Below, piece after piece: positions 10,067-18,108 of a stretch of DNA of 64,000 nt. Source of the stretch: a virus; the IMG/VR virus record IMGVR_UViG_3300028826_000074; one strand, 5' to 3'. How positions within the stretch are numbered: the first letter of the stretch is position 1; every line of letters begins with the position of its first letter. The position numbers and the translations under genes were made by a program. The notes under the pieces were generated by a model. That model had not been told where the DNA came from. It did no database searches and was given only the letters and a program-made list of their open reading frames with translations.

Positions 10067-10607
10067 CGAGCTCCTCGTCGGTCAGCTTCTCGAGCTGTCG
10101 TTTAATCTTGATGGTGTCGCCGTACTTCTCTGGCATCGCGCCCTTGAGCATGAACGTCATGAGTGAGTCGGACCCGGCGATCGCGCGCGCTCTGGCGGCC
10201 GCCTCCAGGTCGTCGTTGGCCATGACCTGCGCCTTGTTAAACTCAGCCTCATAGACCTCATTGCGCATCCACTCCCAGTGGCTCTTGGGGCTCAGCTTCA
10301 TCGCCTTGCAGCACTTCTTGATGCTGGAGAGCTCCGCGTAAAGGGTCAGAAACCGCCGCTGGCGGGCGTTGAGACTCTGGTCCCAGTCCTCGTCCTTCAT
10401 GGCTACTGAGACAGTGTCGGGATCCTCTAGTTTGGACGCCTCTACTTGGCGGGCATTCTTGGATGCCTTGCGCGGCTTAAGCTGGTTGAATGGCTCGTTT
10501 GCGTCGGCAACTGGGCTCGACAGGTCGATGATGATCTCCCCGTCGCCTTCGGAGCTCTCGACGAGCTCCCTGAAGTTTTCAACCTTATCCCACGGATTGC
10601 GAGCCAT
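10005..10607 (-). CDS. terS: Phage A terminase small subunit
   Basis: HTH (LNARQRRFLTLYAELSSIKKCCKAM), SDSLMTFMLKGAMPEKYGD motif, overlaps the terL start. Confidence 0.75.
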   Translation of the reverse strand: MARNPWDKVENFRELVESSEGDGEIIIDLSSPVADANEPFNQLKPRKASKNARQVEASKLEDPDTVSVAMKDEDWDQSLNARQRRFLTLYAELSSIKKCCKAMKLSPKSHWEWMRNEVYEAEFNKAQVMANDDLEAAARARAIAGSDSLMTFMLKGAMPEKYGDTIKIKRQLEKLTDEELDAIIKSGDVNGNVGAPSQGD

Positions 10608-10613
10608 GCCTGA

Positions 10614-10874
10614 TTATACGTCGCCATCTGAATCTAGGGTGGCTTTAAGCATCCTGTCAGCCCTGAATTTCAGATACGCGGCAAATCCTATCGCCTTCAC
10701 TGGGCCGCACGTCCACAAGGCCATTTTTAATTCTTCATCGGCAAACCGATCGTCTTGATACAGCACAACCGCCACCTCAACCCCGAAGGCTTTCGCTTCG
10801 TCCGCGAGAGCAAAGGCTCTGTTATAAAAATCCTCAATTGAATTAGGCTCAGGAGCCTGCTCGTCATTTGCCAT
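10614..10874 (-). CDS. Hypothetical protein
   Basis: 86 aa ORF in the late operon with a -10-like TAGCCT 6 nt upstream. Confidence 0.55.
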   Translation of the reverse strand: MANDEQAPEPNSIEDFYNRAFALADEAKAFGVEVAVVLYQDDRFADEELKMALWTCGPVKAIGFAAYLKFRADRMLKATLDSDGDV

Positions 10875-10897
10875 GCGAGCAGGCTACCACAAGCGCA

Positions 10898-11179
10898 CTA
10901 GATCGCGATACCGAAGACGCACCCACTAAGGCGCCGGTCGCGCAATCTGGCGAGGACCTCGTGACCCTCTAGTACCCACTCGGCGAGATCTTCAGGCTCC
11001 GCGGTGCGCATCGCTTCACAGATGTGATAGAGCTGCGCCTCATCGTCGCCGTGCGTCTCGTCAAGGTCGTCGCGATGGACTTCCTCGACCTTCTTCTCTC
11101 CCTCGGTGGTGGCCGAGTTCCGGGCGGCGTAGGCTTTCGTCACCCACTGCCCGGTCACGGACGATCGATAGACTTTCAT
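10898..11179 (-). CDS. Hypothetical protein
   Basis: 93 aa, ATGA-coupled to the upstream gene. Confidence 0.55.
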   Translation of the reverse strand: MKVYRSSVTGQWVTKAYAARNSATTEGEKKVEEVHRDDLDETHGDDEAQLYHICEAMRTAEPEDLAEWVLEGHEVLARLRDRRLSGCVFGIAI

Positions 11180-11613
11180 TTCACGTTGAAGGCCACGCTG
11201 AGCCCCGCGCTCACCGCCCAGGAGGACGGAAGACCCTGCGTGATAATGGGTCCGGCAGATAAGTGTAGTTTTGCTTCTCGGGCAAGTTGATATCTAATTC
11301 CGACCAGCAACGCGCTAACGGGGGCCACACTTTTCAATGTGAATCCCGCGAACAGGTCGACGTCGGCCGACAGCTTGTCGCTGCCGAACAGCTTCGTGAG
11401 CCGACCGAGAATGACGGTGGACCCGGTGGAGGTGCGATCCGCCACATCGCCACCCAGTCGGTAAACCGCGGTCAGGTTCCAGAGCACGGGGTCCTGGTTA
11501 GTGACCTGCGGGGCCTCGACGTGCAATTCTCGAAAGGTGCCGGGGGTCGTTTGCGCCGCCGCCACAGTGAACAGGGCGGACACCGCCGCCAAAATCAGAA
11601 AGATTCGCTTCAT
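11176..11613 (-). CDS. Signal-peptide, beta-strand-rich outer-membrane-like protein in lysis cassette
   Basis: MKRIFLILAAVSALFTVAAA signal peptide, alternating hydrophobic strands; homologous to 56841..57194. Confidence 0.55.
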   Translation of the reverse strand: MKRIFLILAAVSALFTVAAAQTTPGTFRELHVEAPQVTNQDPVLWNLTAVYRLGGDVADRTSTGSTVILGRLTKLFGSDKLSADVDLFAGFTLKSVAPVSALLVGIRYQLAREAKLHLSAGPIITQGLPSSWAVSAGLSVAFNVK

Positions 11614-11615
11614 CC

Positions 11616-11816
11616 TTACTCCTTCAAGGCGCGTTTGGCCTTGATCCTGTAGATCATAGCATCGATTTGCTGCGCCGCAAAGGCCCCAATGGCGGCCATG
11701 AGCGCCGGGCTCAGGTTGTATTTGCGCAGCCACGGAGTCTCCACCATGAGCCCGCCGATGATGGCGCCGAGCGTTACAGTGCGCCCAGCGATTTCTTTGT
11801 CGAATTTTGGTGTCAT
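11616..11816 (-). CDS. Putative holin (2 TM)
   Basis: 66 aa, two hydrophobic segments, basic C-terminus, in the lysis cassette. Confidence 0.5.
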   Translation of the reverse strand: MTPKFDKEIAGRTVTLGAIIGGLMVETPWLRKYNLSPALMAAIGAFAAQQIDAMIYRIKAKRALKE

Positions 11817-12121
11817 TTCGCCCTCAATAGTGATTTCACGTCCGACTTGATCTCCGCAATGTCGGACTGGAGCTGGTTTGTTGAGCTCTGCAACCTGATA
11901 ATCGTTTCGTGGTCGTCTTTGGCGGTTCCGGCGGTGGCCATCGCCTCCGTGTTGCGCGTGTCGATCTCCTTGCGGATCTGGTTCACGTTCATTTGCAGTG
12001 CGGTAATCCACGTGCCTAACAGGAACGACCCCACGACGAGCCACTTGATCCACGGGATCAGTTTAACGAGGGACTCGAGTTGCGACGCGATGTCGTCTTG
12101 GACTTTTGGTTGGTTGATCAT
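11813..12121 (-). CDS. Single-TM coiled-coil protein (holin/antiholin-like)
   Basis: TM WIKWLVVGSFLLGTWITAL followed by coiled coil; next to the endolysin. Confidence 0.5.
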   Translation of the reverse strand: MINQPKVQDDIASQLESLVKLIPWIKWLVVGSFLLGTWITALQMNVNQIRKEIDTRNTEAMATAGTAKDDHETIIRLQSSTNQLQSDIAEIKSDVKSLLRAK

Positions 12122-12153
12122 GGCTCTAAAACGGTTACGTTCTAATGATACGG

Positions 12154-12636
12154 TCAGGACCAGAAGTTGAGCTTGACTCGGTTCGCGAGAACCAGAATTG
12201 GATAACCCTTAGGGTCCGTCTTGCGCCCGGGACTGATCGCCCAGTGAGTCGTGAGCCACTTGATCGACGGGATCGCGTGCTTGAGCTCGAGTACCAGTGC
12301 CGCCAGGGCCTCGCGCTGATCGTGTGGATACGGATCCGCTCCGTCGTTCATGTTGACGAGGCTGATTCCGATCGAGTAGCTGTTGACGCCCTTACCCTGC
12401 GGCCCGTCACTGACGCCGGCGTGCCAAGCGACCCGGCCGGTGTCTACGCACTTGGTGACCTGCCCGTCCTTCTCGATGATGTAGTGGTAACTCAGCCCCC
12501 GATCGCGCAGGGTATTGATCGCTCCGGCGAGCCCGCGGCCGGCGGTGGCGTGCACCACGATAGTAGAGATCGGCTTGGTCCGTTTGCCGGACATGAGCCT
12601 GTTCTTGAGTTCGATTATCTTGGATTTGAGTCCCAT
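12154..12636 (-). CDS. Endolysin, N-acetylmuramoyl-L-alanine amidase (Amidase_2 type)
   Basis: IVVHATAG, SYHYIIEKDG, AWHAG, SIGISL, THWAISPGRKTDP zinc-amidase motifs. Confidence 0.9.
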   Translation of the reverse strand: MGLKSKIIELKNRLMSGKRTKPISTIVVHATAGRGLAGAINTLRDRGLSYHYIIEKDGQVTKCVDTGRVAWHAGVSDGPQGKGVNSYSIGISLVNMNDGADPYPHDQREALAALVLELKHAIPSIKWLTTHWAISPGRKTDPKGYPILVLANRVKLNFWS

Positions 12637-12637
12637 C

Positions 12638-13216
12638 TCAGACCTCCAGGCCCGCCGCGTACAGTCCCAGCATGGCCATCTCCCGTGTCTTTACCACAAT
12701 TCTTCGGCTCCGCTGCGCAGACACTCCCAATTTTCTCTTCACGTCGATCTGCTGCCCGTCGTCAGCGAGGATGTGGAACGCGACCTTCTGCTCCTCCGTC
12801 ATGGCGCGCGTGGCGTGCTTGATCATGTCCTCCGCGGCGAGGTGCTGGGTTTCGTCCGCGGGATCCTCAAAGAGGTCGATCATCTCGGGCGTCATGGGCA
12901 CCATTTCGGGTCTGGTGGTGCCGGCCTTTCGGGTGGCCTTGCGGGTGGCCAGCTCGCGCATGCCGTCCTTCACGGTGTTTGAGAGAATGCTCAGCACGTA
13001 CGTCGAGAACGCGAACCCCTTACTGACGTCGTAGCGCTGGATCGCCTTCGCCATTGCCAGCCCCATGTTTGACTGGGCTTCGTCCAAATCGATCGCGCCG
13101 TTGGACCTCCGGTGCAGCTCCCACGCGTACTTCATGACGGCCTGGAAGTAGCGCTTTGCGATGCGGTCCCTGGCCCACTCATCTCCAAGTTTAGCCATGG
13201 CTAACAATTGCTCCAT
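12638..13216 (-). CDS. Phage-encoded sigma70-family sigma factor
   Basis: Region 2 (LAMAKAIQRYDVSKGFAFSTYV) and region 4 HTH (QIDVKRKLGVSAQRSRRI). Confidence 0.8.
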   Translation of the reverse strand: MEQLLAMAKLGDEWARDRIAKRYFQAVMKYAWELHRRSNGAIDLDEAQSNMGLAMAKAIQRYDVSKGFAFSTYVLSILSNTVKDGMRELATRKATRKAGTTRPEMVPMTPEMIDLFEDPADETQHLAAEDMIKHATRAMTEEQKVAFHILADDGQQIDVKRKLGVSAQRSRRIVVKTREMAMLGLYAAGLEV

Positions 13217-13233
13217 AGCAACAGTTTACGCAC

Positions 13234-13283
13234 AAAAAACCCCCCGGGTGTCTGCAACCAGGTCATTTCCTGGCTCCGGGGGT
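13234..13283 (-). terminator. Intrinsic terminator upstream of the sigma gene
   Basis: Minus strand CCCCCGG...CCGGGGGG followed by TTTTTTG. Confidence 0.6.
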
Positions 13284-13300
13284 GGAGATGCGATGCGTTT

Positions 13301-13648
13301 CTAGATTTCCAAGCTCTGCTGGCTTGGCTTTGCTGTCGTTGTAGTTATACCCCAGATGCGGCGCATAACCCGGTTGAGCGCTGGCCGTTTAGCCACCTCC
13401 TCGTAGCGGTTCATGGCTATCCTTGTATTGAATGTGGCCTTTGTGAATGCGTTCCACACCGATACTGGCGGGAGAATTTTGGCGCTCTGAATGACTTTGA
13501 GCCGGGCATTCTCAACTCTTGCCCGGCGCTTCAGCCTATCTAGGTACCAGCGCCGCATCTTGCGCCAATTCTCCTCCGTGTGATCGATATCGTCCGTGCG
13601 CCCGCCGCGGCACGCCCATAGGTCCAGAAGATCCCAGTTGCGCGTCAT
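13301..13648 (-). CDS. Hypothetical basic protein
   Basis: 115 aa, coupled ATGA overlaps. Confidence 0.5.
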   Translation of the reverse strand: MTRNWDLLDLWACRGGRTDDIDHTEENWRKMRRWYLDRLKRRARVENARLKVIQSAKILPPVSVWNAFTKATFNTRIAMNRYEEVAKRPALNRVMRRIWGITTTTAKPSQQSLEI

Positions 13649-13926
13649 TGCCCCACCTTTAGCACCTTGAATGCGATGATGCGCATGTCCTCGATGTGCC
13701 TCTCCAACGCCTTCACGTGCGCCGGCTCCCCGAGCCCATTGCTGGGCCTAACTCCCGATGAGATCAAGCTATCGAGCAGCTCGGTTGCGGCCTCCCTAGA
13801 AAGTTTCCAGGGTTCTATGACTGCATTTTCTACATCTTCGCCGCTGCGAACATAGAGGTCGATTTGCCTTGTCATGGGATCGGAGACAGCGACTGCCCGG
13901 GGATTTTTCCAATAGGATCTACTCAT
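13645..13926 (-). CDS. Hypothetical protein
   Basis: 93 aa in a tightly packed operon. Confidence 0.55.
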   Translation of the reverse strand: MSRSYWKNPRAVAVSDPMTRQIDLYVRSGEDVENAVIEPWKLSREAATELLDSLISSGVRPSNGLGEPAHVKALERHIEDMRIIAFKVLKVGQ

Positions 13927-14163
13927 TTAGCCCATCCCGTTGGTCGGGTGGCCTTTCGCGTTAGGCCCGCCGGTCCACCGGCCGTCGATCACCTGCTTCA
14001 GGCAACTCAGGCACAAGTCATACCCTTGCGCTACGACCGACACCTTGATGTCCAAGTATGGGGCGGAATGTTGCGTCTTGAGCGTGAAGTATTTGGGTGA
14101 ATTCACTGCTAAGTCATCACCGCTCAACTCCCTCCGGCATCCGTCACAAAATCTCTTTACCAT
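13927..14163 (-). CDS. Small Zn-finger-like protein
   Basis: CDGC...CLSC motifs, 78 aa. Confidence 0.55.
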   Translation of the reverse strand: MVKRFCDGCRRELSGDDLAVNSPKYFTLKTQHSAPYLDIKVSVVAQGYDLCLSCLKQVIDGRWTGGPNAKGHPTNGMG

Positions 14164-14166
14164 TTC

Positions 14167-14802
14167 CTACTCCTGAAACGCCGACAGGTCGATCCTGCCG
14201 CGTGATTCCTTGGCCACTTTGCCCTTGAAGACGCCGTGAGCCGCGTTGAACAAGTCTCGCCCAGACAATTGCTGGACCCTTTCCGAGTTGATGCGCTGGA
14301 TCAAGGGCGCCATCATGTCGTGGACCCTGGCGTAGCGCGCGATCGCGTCCGGCAGCCCGAGGTAGCCAACCTCATCGAGCTCCCCAAGGAACTTGTCCAG
14401 GAGCGCAATCAGTTGGATGCACTCCTCCGGCGCGACGTCGTTGTCGAGGTTAGTGAGGGTGTCGCGGTAGCACTTCTCGATGCCGGCGCACAGCGCGGTG
14501 TGATCCCACAGCTCCATGCCTTCCTTCCGCTCCGCCTCCAAGGCGCTGATGATCAGCTCCTTGTTGTCCTTGATCGCCTGCATCTGGTCCTTGTCGGCGC
14601 CACGGCACGTCAATTTGCCGGTCTCCTTGTCGAGCCAGATCTCAACCTCCGCGCGGCGCAGCACTCCCAGGATGTTCAATTCAAGGCTCCTCACCCGCAT
14701 TCGGGCCAGAAAGGTCTGAAGCACGTCGAACTCGCGATCGGTCGCGTAGATGTAGCGCTTGGTGCGCTCCTGCCCATCGATTGAGGTGCGTGGCCTGCTC
14801 AT
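14167..14802 (-). CDS. Hypothetical protein
   Basis: ATG 14802 with SD GGAGGAG; 211 aa. Confidence 0.55.
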   Translation of the reverse strand: MSRPRTSIDGQERTKRYIYATDREFDVLQTFLARMRVRSLELNILGVLRRAEVEIWLDKETGKLTCRGADKDQMQAIKDNKELIISALEAERKEGMELWDHTALCAGIEKCYRDTLTNLDNDVAPEECIQLIALLDKFLGELDEVGYLGLPDAIARYARVHDMMAPLIQRINSERVQQLSGRDLFNAAHGVFKGKVAKESRGRIDLSAFQE

Positions 14803-15071
14803 TTCTCCTCCAACCAGAGCTCCACGCCCGGTCCAATAATTGAACGCTCCCCAATCACCACGGGGTAGGTTGCCAGCCCATAGACGTCCAAGGTGCTGTG
14901 GCGCAGGCTCCCGGCAAAGGGCGCCCACTGCCCAGGCGCGACTTCCAGCTTCATGGTGAACTGCTGGGAGCGCTTGATAGTGACGATGGCTGGCTGAGGC
15001 ACAACGGCCCCAACAAACCCTTTGTAGATCTGGCCAGGGAACAGCGCCAGCGCTGCGATTGCGGTGATCAT
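14799..15071 (-). CDS. Hypothetical protein with N-terminal hydrophobic segment
   Basis: MITAIAALALFPG..., ATGA-coupled. Confidence 0.45.
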   Translation of the reverse strand: MITAIAALALFPGQIYKGFVGAVVPQPAIVTIKRSQQFTMKLEVAPGQWAPFAGSLRHSTLDVYGLATYPVVIGERSIIGPGVELWLEEK

Positions 15072-15241
15072 GCGGTGTCCTCTTTGGCGTAGACGCCTAT
15101 AGTCAATACCTCGCACCCGTCCTTGCAGTCGTTGCCGGTGATGTAAAACAGTGTGCGCCCCTCATTGAGGAGATCGCGAAGAATCTTAAGGACACTGATC
15201 GTACCACGGTCATCCGCCTCGACATTTATGCTGAATCGCAT
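15068..15241 (-). CDS. Small hypothetical protein (57 aa)
   Basis: MRFSINVEADDRG...; fills the gap with coupled overlap; too short for the ORF track. Confidence 0.45.
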   Translation of the reverse strand: MRFSINVEADDRGTISVLKILRDLLNEGRTLFYITGNDCKDGCEVLTIGVYAKEDTA

Positions 15242-15242
15242 C

Positions 15243-15743
15243 TCAGTTTTTACTCTCCTTCTCGGCCCCGACAGTGATCGTCACTGGCTTGCCGAGAGCA
15301 TATTCCAGAACTAGCCTTGCGGCCTCAACTGGATCCCCAATTGGGTTGGCGAACGTAGCGACGTACATAGTCTTGGGACTAAGTCCAAGACCAACCCATG
15401 CCACAACCTGCTTGATGGGGACAGCGTAGGTTACGGGGTCATCCCACACACTGCTACCGATAGCCGCGTCGAACCAACTGCCTTCCCAAAAATACCGGCA
15501 CCCCTTCGGCTTAGGCCCTACCCTCTCGTGATCCTCCACTAGCCGGTAGCCGGGTTCGGGGACGATGGGCTTCCAGAAGGTTGCGCCGTAGCATTGGAGT
15601 TGCTCTGTCGTAAACCATTCGTTACGGATGTGTTTTTCGATCCAGGGCTGTATGGAACCAGGGCGTGCATTCTCAAACGTCGCATCACCCAACGTGGCAA
15701 CCGTCGCGTCCCTGAGTGGACATTGTTGGTAGTTCCTCATCAC
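15243..15743 (-). CDS. Hypothetical protein
   Basis: 166 aa, SD GGGAGG upstream. Confidence 0.55.
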   Translation of the reverse strand: MMRNYQQCPLRDATVATLGDATFENARPGSIQPWIEKHIRNEWFTTEQLQCYGATFWKPIVPEPGYRLVEDHERVGPKPKGCRYFWEGSWFDAAIGSSVWDDPVTYAVPIKQVVAWVGLGLSPKTMYVATFANPIGDPVEAARLVLEYALGKPVTITVGAEKESKN

Positions 15744-15904
15744 CCCTCCCTCACTGAATCATGCACCGAGATCAGAGTCAATCCCAGCGACGTTGACAAG
15801 ACCCCTAGCCACCCATTCAGGTCGCCACCAGGGGATGAAGTGAGCATCAGTGCGACGCCAAGCAGCACCGCCAAGACACCCATCACTAGAGTCAAAAGTT
15901 CCAT
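15740..15904 (-). CDS. Small 2-TM membrane protein (54 aa)
   Basis: MELLTLVMGVLAVLLGVALMLT...; first gene of the leftward unit, preceded by extended -10 TGCTACAAT (15914..15922). Confidence 0.45.
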   Translation of the reverse strand: MELLTLVMGVLAVLLGVALMLTSSPGGDLNGWLGVLSTSLGLTLISVHDSVREG

Positions 15905-16197
15905 AACAACAGCATTGTAGCATAGTTTTCACCACCTATAACACCTTTTTGTCCCGAGCGCCAAAAAGGCAAAAAAATTTGAGGGTGGAGTATCCAGAGA
16001 CCCACCCCCCTGGCCCCCGGCCCCCCTCCATTACTTTAGCACCCACGCTAGCCTCCCTGCGCGCAGTACCTTAGCTAGTGCTGCGTGGCTGCCATGCACG
16101 TGCCCTGCCAGCCACGCACCAGGGCCTCTAGCGATAGGGCAGGCGGTGGTTCGACCAGGATCGAGACACCGCTAGCGACGGCCCTAGCGACCCTCGC

Positions 16198-16546
16198 GGA
16201 CCTACCTCGCCAGCCACCCTCGCCTTTATAGCCCTGCGGATAGGGGGCAAAGGCAGTTTTGGTGGACCTTGAGGACCTAGGTGGACCTCAAGCAGGTGGG
16301 GATAACTAGCAGTTTAGGTTCAAAATAGGGTTATCGCCTCCAGCAAAAGGTGGACCTCGCGGACCTTGAGGACCTAGCTGACTCCAAACGGCTGAAAGTG
16401 ATTTTTGCGGTGAAATTTTTCCGCCGTCTCAAGGCTAACAGGTCCTCCAGGTCCACCTTTTTATGGGGGTTATAACACCTTTTGAGTTCAAAATAGGGGT
16501 TATGCACACCTTTAATAGGTCCACCCTTTTTGGAGCAAGGTCCACC
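16198..16546. repeat. Symmetric GGTGGACC/GGTCCACC repeat array (putative origin or protein-binding array)
   Basis: GGTGGACC at 16261, 16280, 16349 and its reverse complement at 16450, 16518, 16539; 17 bp direct repeat GGACCTTGAGGACCTAG at 16264 and 16361; TTCAAAATAGGG(G)TTAT at 16319 and 16487. Confidence 0.6.
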
Positions 16547-16733
16547 CAGGTTCAATTGAACCTAGAAAAGGTTAGGGAGGCTAACGATCGGGCTGGAAGG
16601 GCTTGGCAAAGTGTAGCCATGGCTACAAATCCTAAACGACCCTTCAACCATGGCTTCTGGCCCACTTTCTTCTCAGGTTCAATTGAGTCTGATCTGGGCA
16701 CCTGGTAATAGTACGGGTTTTGCGCATGGTCAC

Positions 16734-16762
16734 TTGACATGGGTTCAAAGTGCCCCGATACT
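16734..16762 (+). promoter_or_regulatory. Sigma70-type early promoter of phage A
   Basis: TTGACA(16734-39), 17 bp spacer, GATACT(16757-62), facing the early gene cluster. Confidence 0.7.
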
Positions 16763-17034
16763 GTTGGTTGTAGGCAGGACGAGGTGGACCGAGGGAGCCA
16801 CCAGCCGCAGACCGACTTACCGCGAGGCACGCACCGCAAAAGCCTCAATAGGTTCCGCAGAAGCTATCCAGCACTTGATCGAGTCACGGATAGGAAAGTG
16901 GCGAAGGCGACCCAAAAACGGGCACGTCGAGTGGCAGGGCTTGAATCCCGAACGCAGTAAGACTGAAGCTGGAGTGGCACAGAGGGCGATACGTACTCAC
17001 CTAGCACAGTCTGCTCCATATTCTACATGGAGCA

Positions 17035-17087
17035 TCCTTAACCTCGCCACAGACGGTCCACAGCCCGTGCAAAGAGGGATGGAGGAG
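17035..17087 (+). ncRNA. Twister ribozyme (type P1), copy 1
   Basis: UCCU-UAAC-CUC-GCC..G-ACGG-UCCACAGC-CCGU..AAA-GAGG-GA-UGG-AGGAG: P1 UCCU/AGGA, P2 CCUC/GAGG, P4 ACGG/CCGU, pseudoknot CCA/UGG; predicted cleavage U17039|A17040. Confidence 0.85.
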
Positions 17088-17094
17088 TATTAAC

Positions 17095-17442
17095 ATGACT
17101 ATCACACCAATCTGTTTAGACACTTGTGAAACCGTCCGACTCATGGAATGGAGGCACGAATACTGCACTCTCTCAACGCTTCATGATTTCCGCACCAAGT
17201 ATGGTGGGAAGCCCACTGATGAAACCCCAGAATTGTGGGCGATCTTTGCCGGAACCGCATTGTCCAGCAACCCTGATTTCTATCACCGAGAGAAGTCTAA
17301 ATGGGCTACTTCCATCGTCATCCACGACGGGCAGGTCATCCGGTGTCAGGGCAATCAGTACAGGGTTGAGGTGCTCAAGGGATGTGAGTCATTCCCACGG
17401 TACTGCGACCCCATTAAATTCCATCTCATTAGCCCCGCATAG
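17095..17442 (+). CDS. Early hypothetical protein
   Basis: 115 aa; its SD AGGAG is the P1 3' strand of twister 1. Confidence 0.65.
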   Translation: MTITPICLDTCETVRLMEWRHEYCTLSTLHDFRTKYGGKPTDETPELWAIFAGTALSSNPDFYHREKSKWATSIVIHDGQVIRCQGNQYRVEVLKGCESFPRYCDPIKFHLISPA

Positions 17443-17444
17443 GG

Positions 17445-17502
17445 GCTTCTTAACCTCGCCAACGCCTGTCCACAGCCAGGGTCAAAAGAGGGATGGAGGA
17501 GC
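17445..17502 (+). ncRNA. Twister ribozyme (type P1), copy 2
   Basis: P1 GCUUCU/AGGAGC, P2 CCUC/GAGG, P4 CCUG/CAGG, loop UCCACAGC with CCA/UGG pseudoknot; cleavage U17451|A17452. Confidence 0.85.
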
Positions 17503-17507
17503 ACATC

Positions 17508-17684
17508 ATGGATTCACTCGACTTTATCATGGCCTACGAGGCCGGTGAGCTTGATTTCGACGCTATTGTGGAAGGCTTCCAGGGCCTGATTGACTCTGGC
17601 CTATGCTGGAGCCTCCAGGGTCACTACGGCAGGACCGCGGTCGCTTTGATCGAGGCCGGGCATTGCGTGAGGTCAGCGGCATGA
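17508..17684 (+). CDS. Small conserved phage early protein
   Basis: MDSLDFIMAYEAGEL...LIDSGLCWSLQGHYGRTA, a motif type I recall from other phage early regions; SD from twister 2. Confidence 0.7.
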   Translation: MDSLDFIMAYEAGELDFDAIVEGFQGLIDSGLCWSLQGHYGRTAVALIEAGHCVRSAA

Positions 17685-17821
17685 GGCCACATTATTGGTT
17701 GGCTAGTTCACCGTTGGGGTGGCGTATCATGGCCCAATATGGCGATTCACCGTGGGCTTGCCTAAGGATTGTACCGTCCGAACTGGAAGCGAGATACATA
17801 ATCGCCTGTCTCATTGACTAG
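17681..17821 (+). CDS. Small early protein (46 aa)
   Basis: ATGA-coupled; stop abuts the hairpin before twister 3. Confidence 0.5.
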   Translation: MRPHYWLASSPLGWRIMAQYGDSPWACLRIVPSELEARYIIACLID

Positions 17822-17832
17822 CCCCTCCGGGG

Positions 17833-17889
17833 GCTCCTTAACCTCGCCATCGCCGGTGACAAGCCCGGGTAAAGAGGGAGTCAAGGAGC
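17833..17889 (+). ncRNA. Twister ribozyme (type P1), copy 3
   Basis: P1 GCUCCU/AGGAGC, P2 CCUC/GAGG, P4 CCGG/CCGG, loop UGACAAGC with compensated pseudoknot GAC/GUC; cleavage U17839|A17840. Confidence 0.88.
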
Positions 17890-17895
17890 ATCAAA

Positions 17896-18108
17896 ATGAG
17901 CCGTAAGGACTACATCGCTATCGCCAAGTGCATCAGAGTCAGTCTGCCCCAAAGGACAGCCGTAGGGTACGCCATGGAGAAGCCTGATTTCTACTCCAAA
18001 TTCGCCATCGCCAACGATATTGCTATTGAGCTTGCCAAACTCATGAGCCAAGATAATGAGCGATTCGACGCGGACCGCTTCCTCGTCGCTTGCGGAGTCA
18101 AGTCATGA
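17896..18108 (+). CDS. Small conserved phage early protein
   Basis: MSRKDYIAIA...FDADRFLVACG motif; SD from twister 3. Confidence 0.7.
   Translation: MSRKDYIAIAKCIRVSLPQRTAVGYAMEKPDFYSKFAIANDIAIELAKLMSQDNERFDADRFLVACGVKS

Noticed and set aside
16138-16185. GGTTCGA T-loop-like motif, possible tRNA
   Set aside because: No cloverleaf with D and anticodon arms and no acceptor stem
16820-16850. CGCAAAAGCCTC resembling a c-di-GMP-I riboswitch fragment
   Set aside because: The upstream GCAAAC/GNRA P2 elements are absent, so only a short partial match remains
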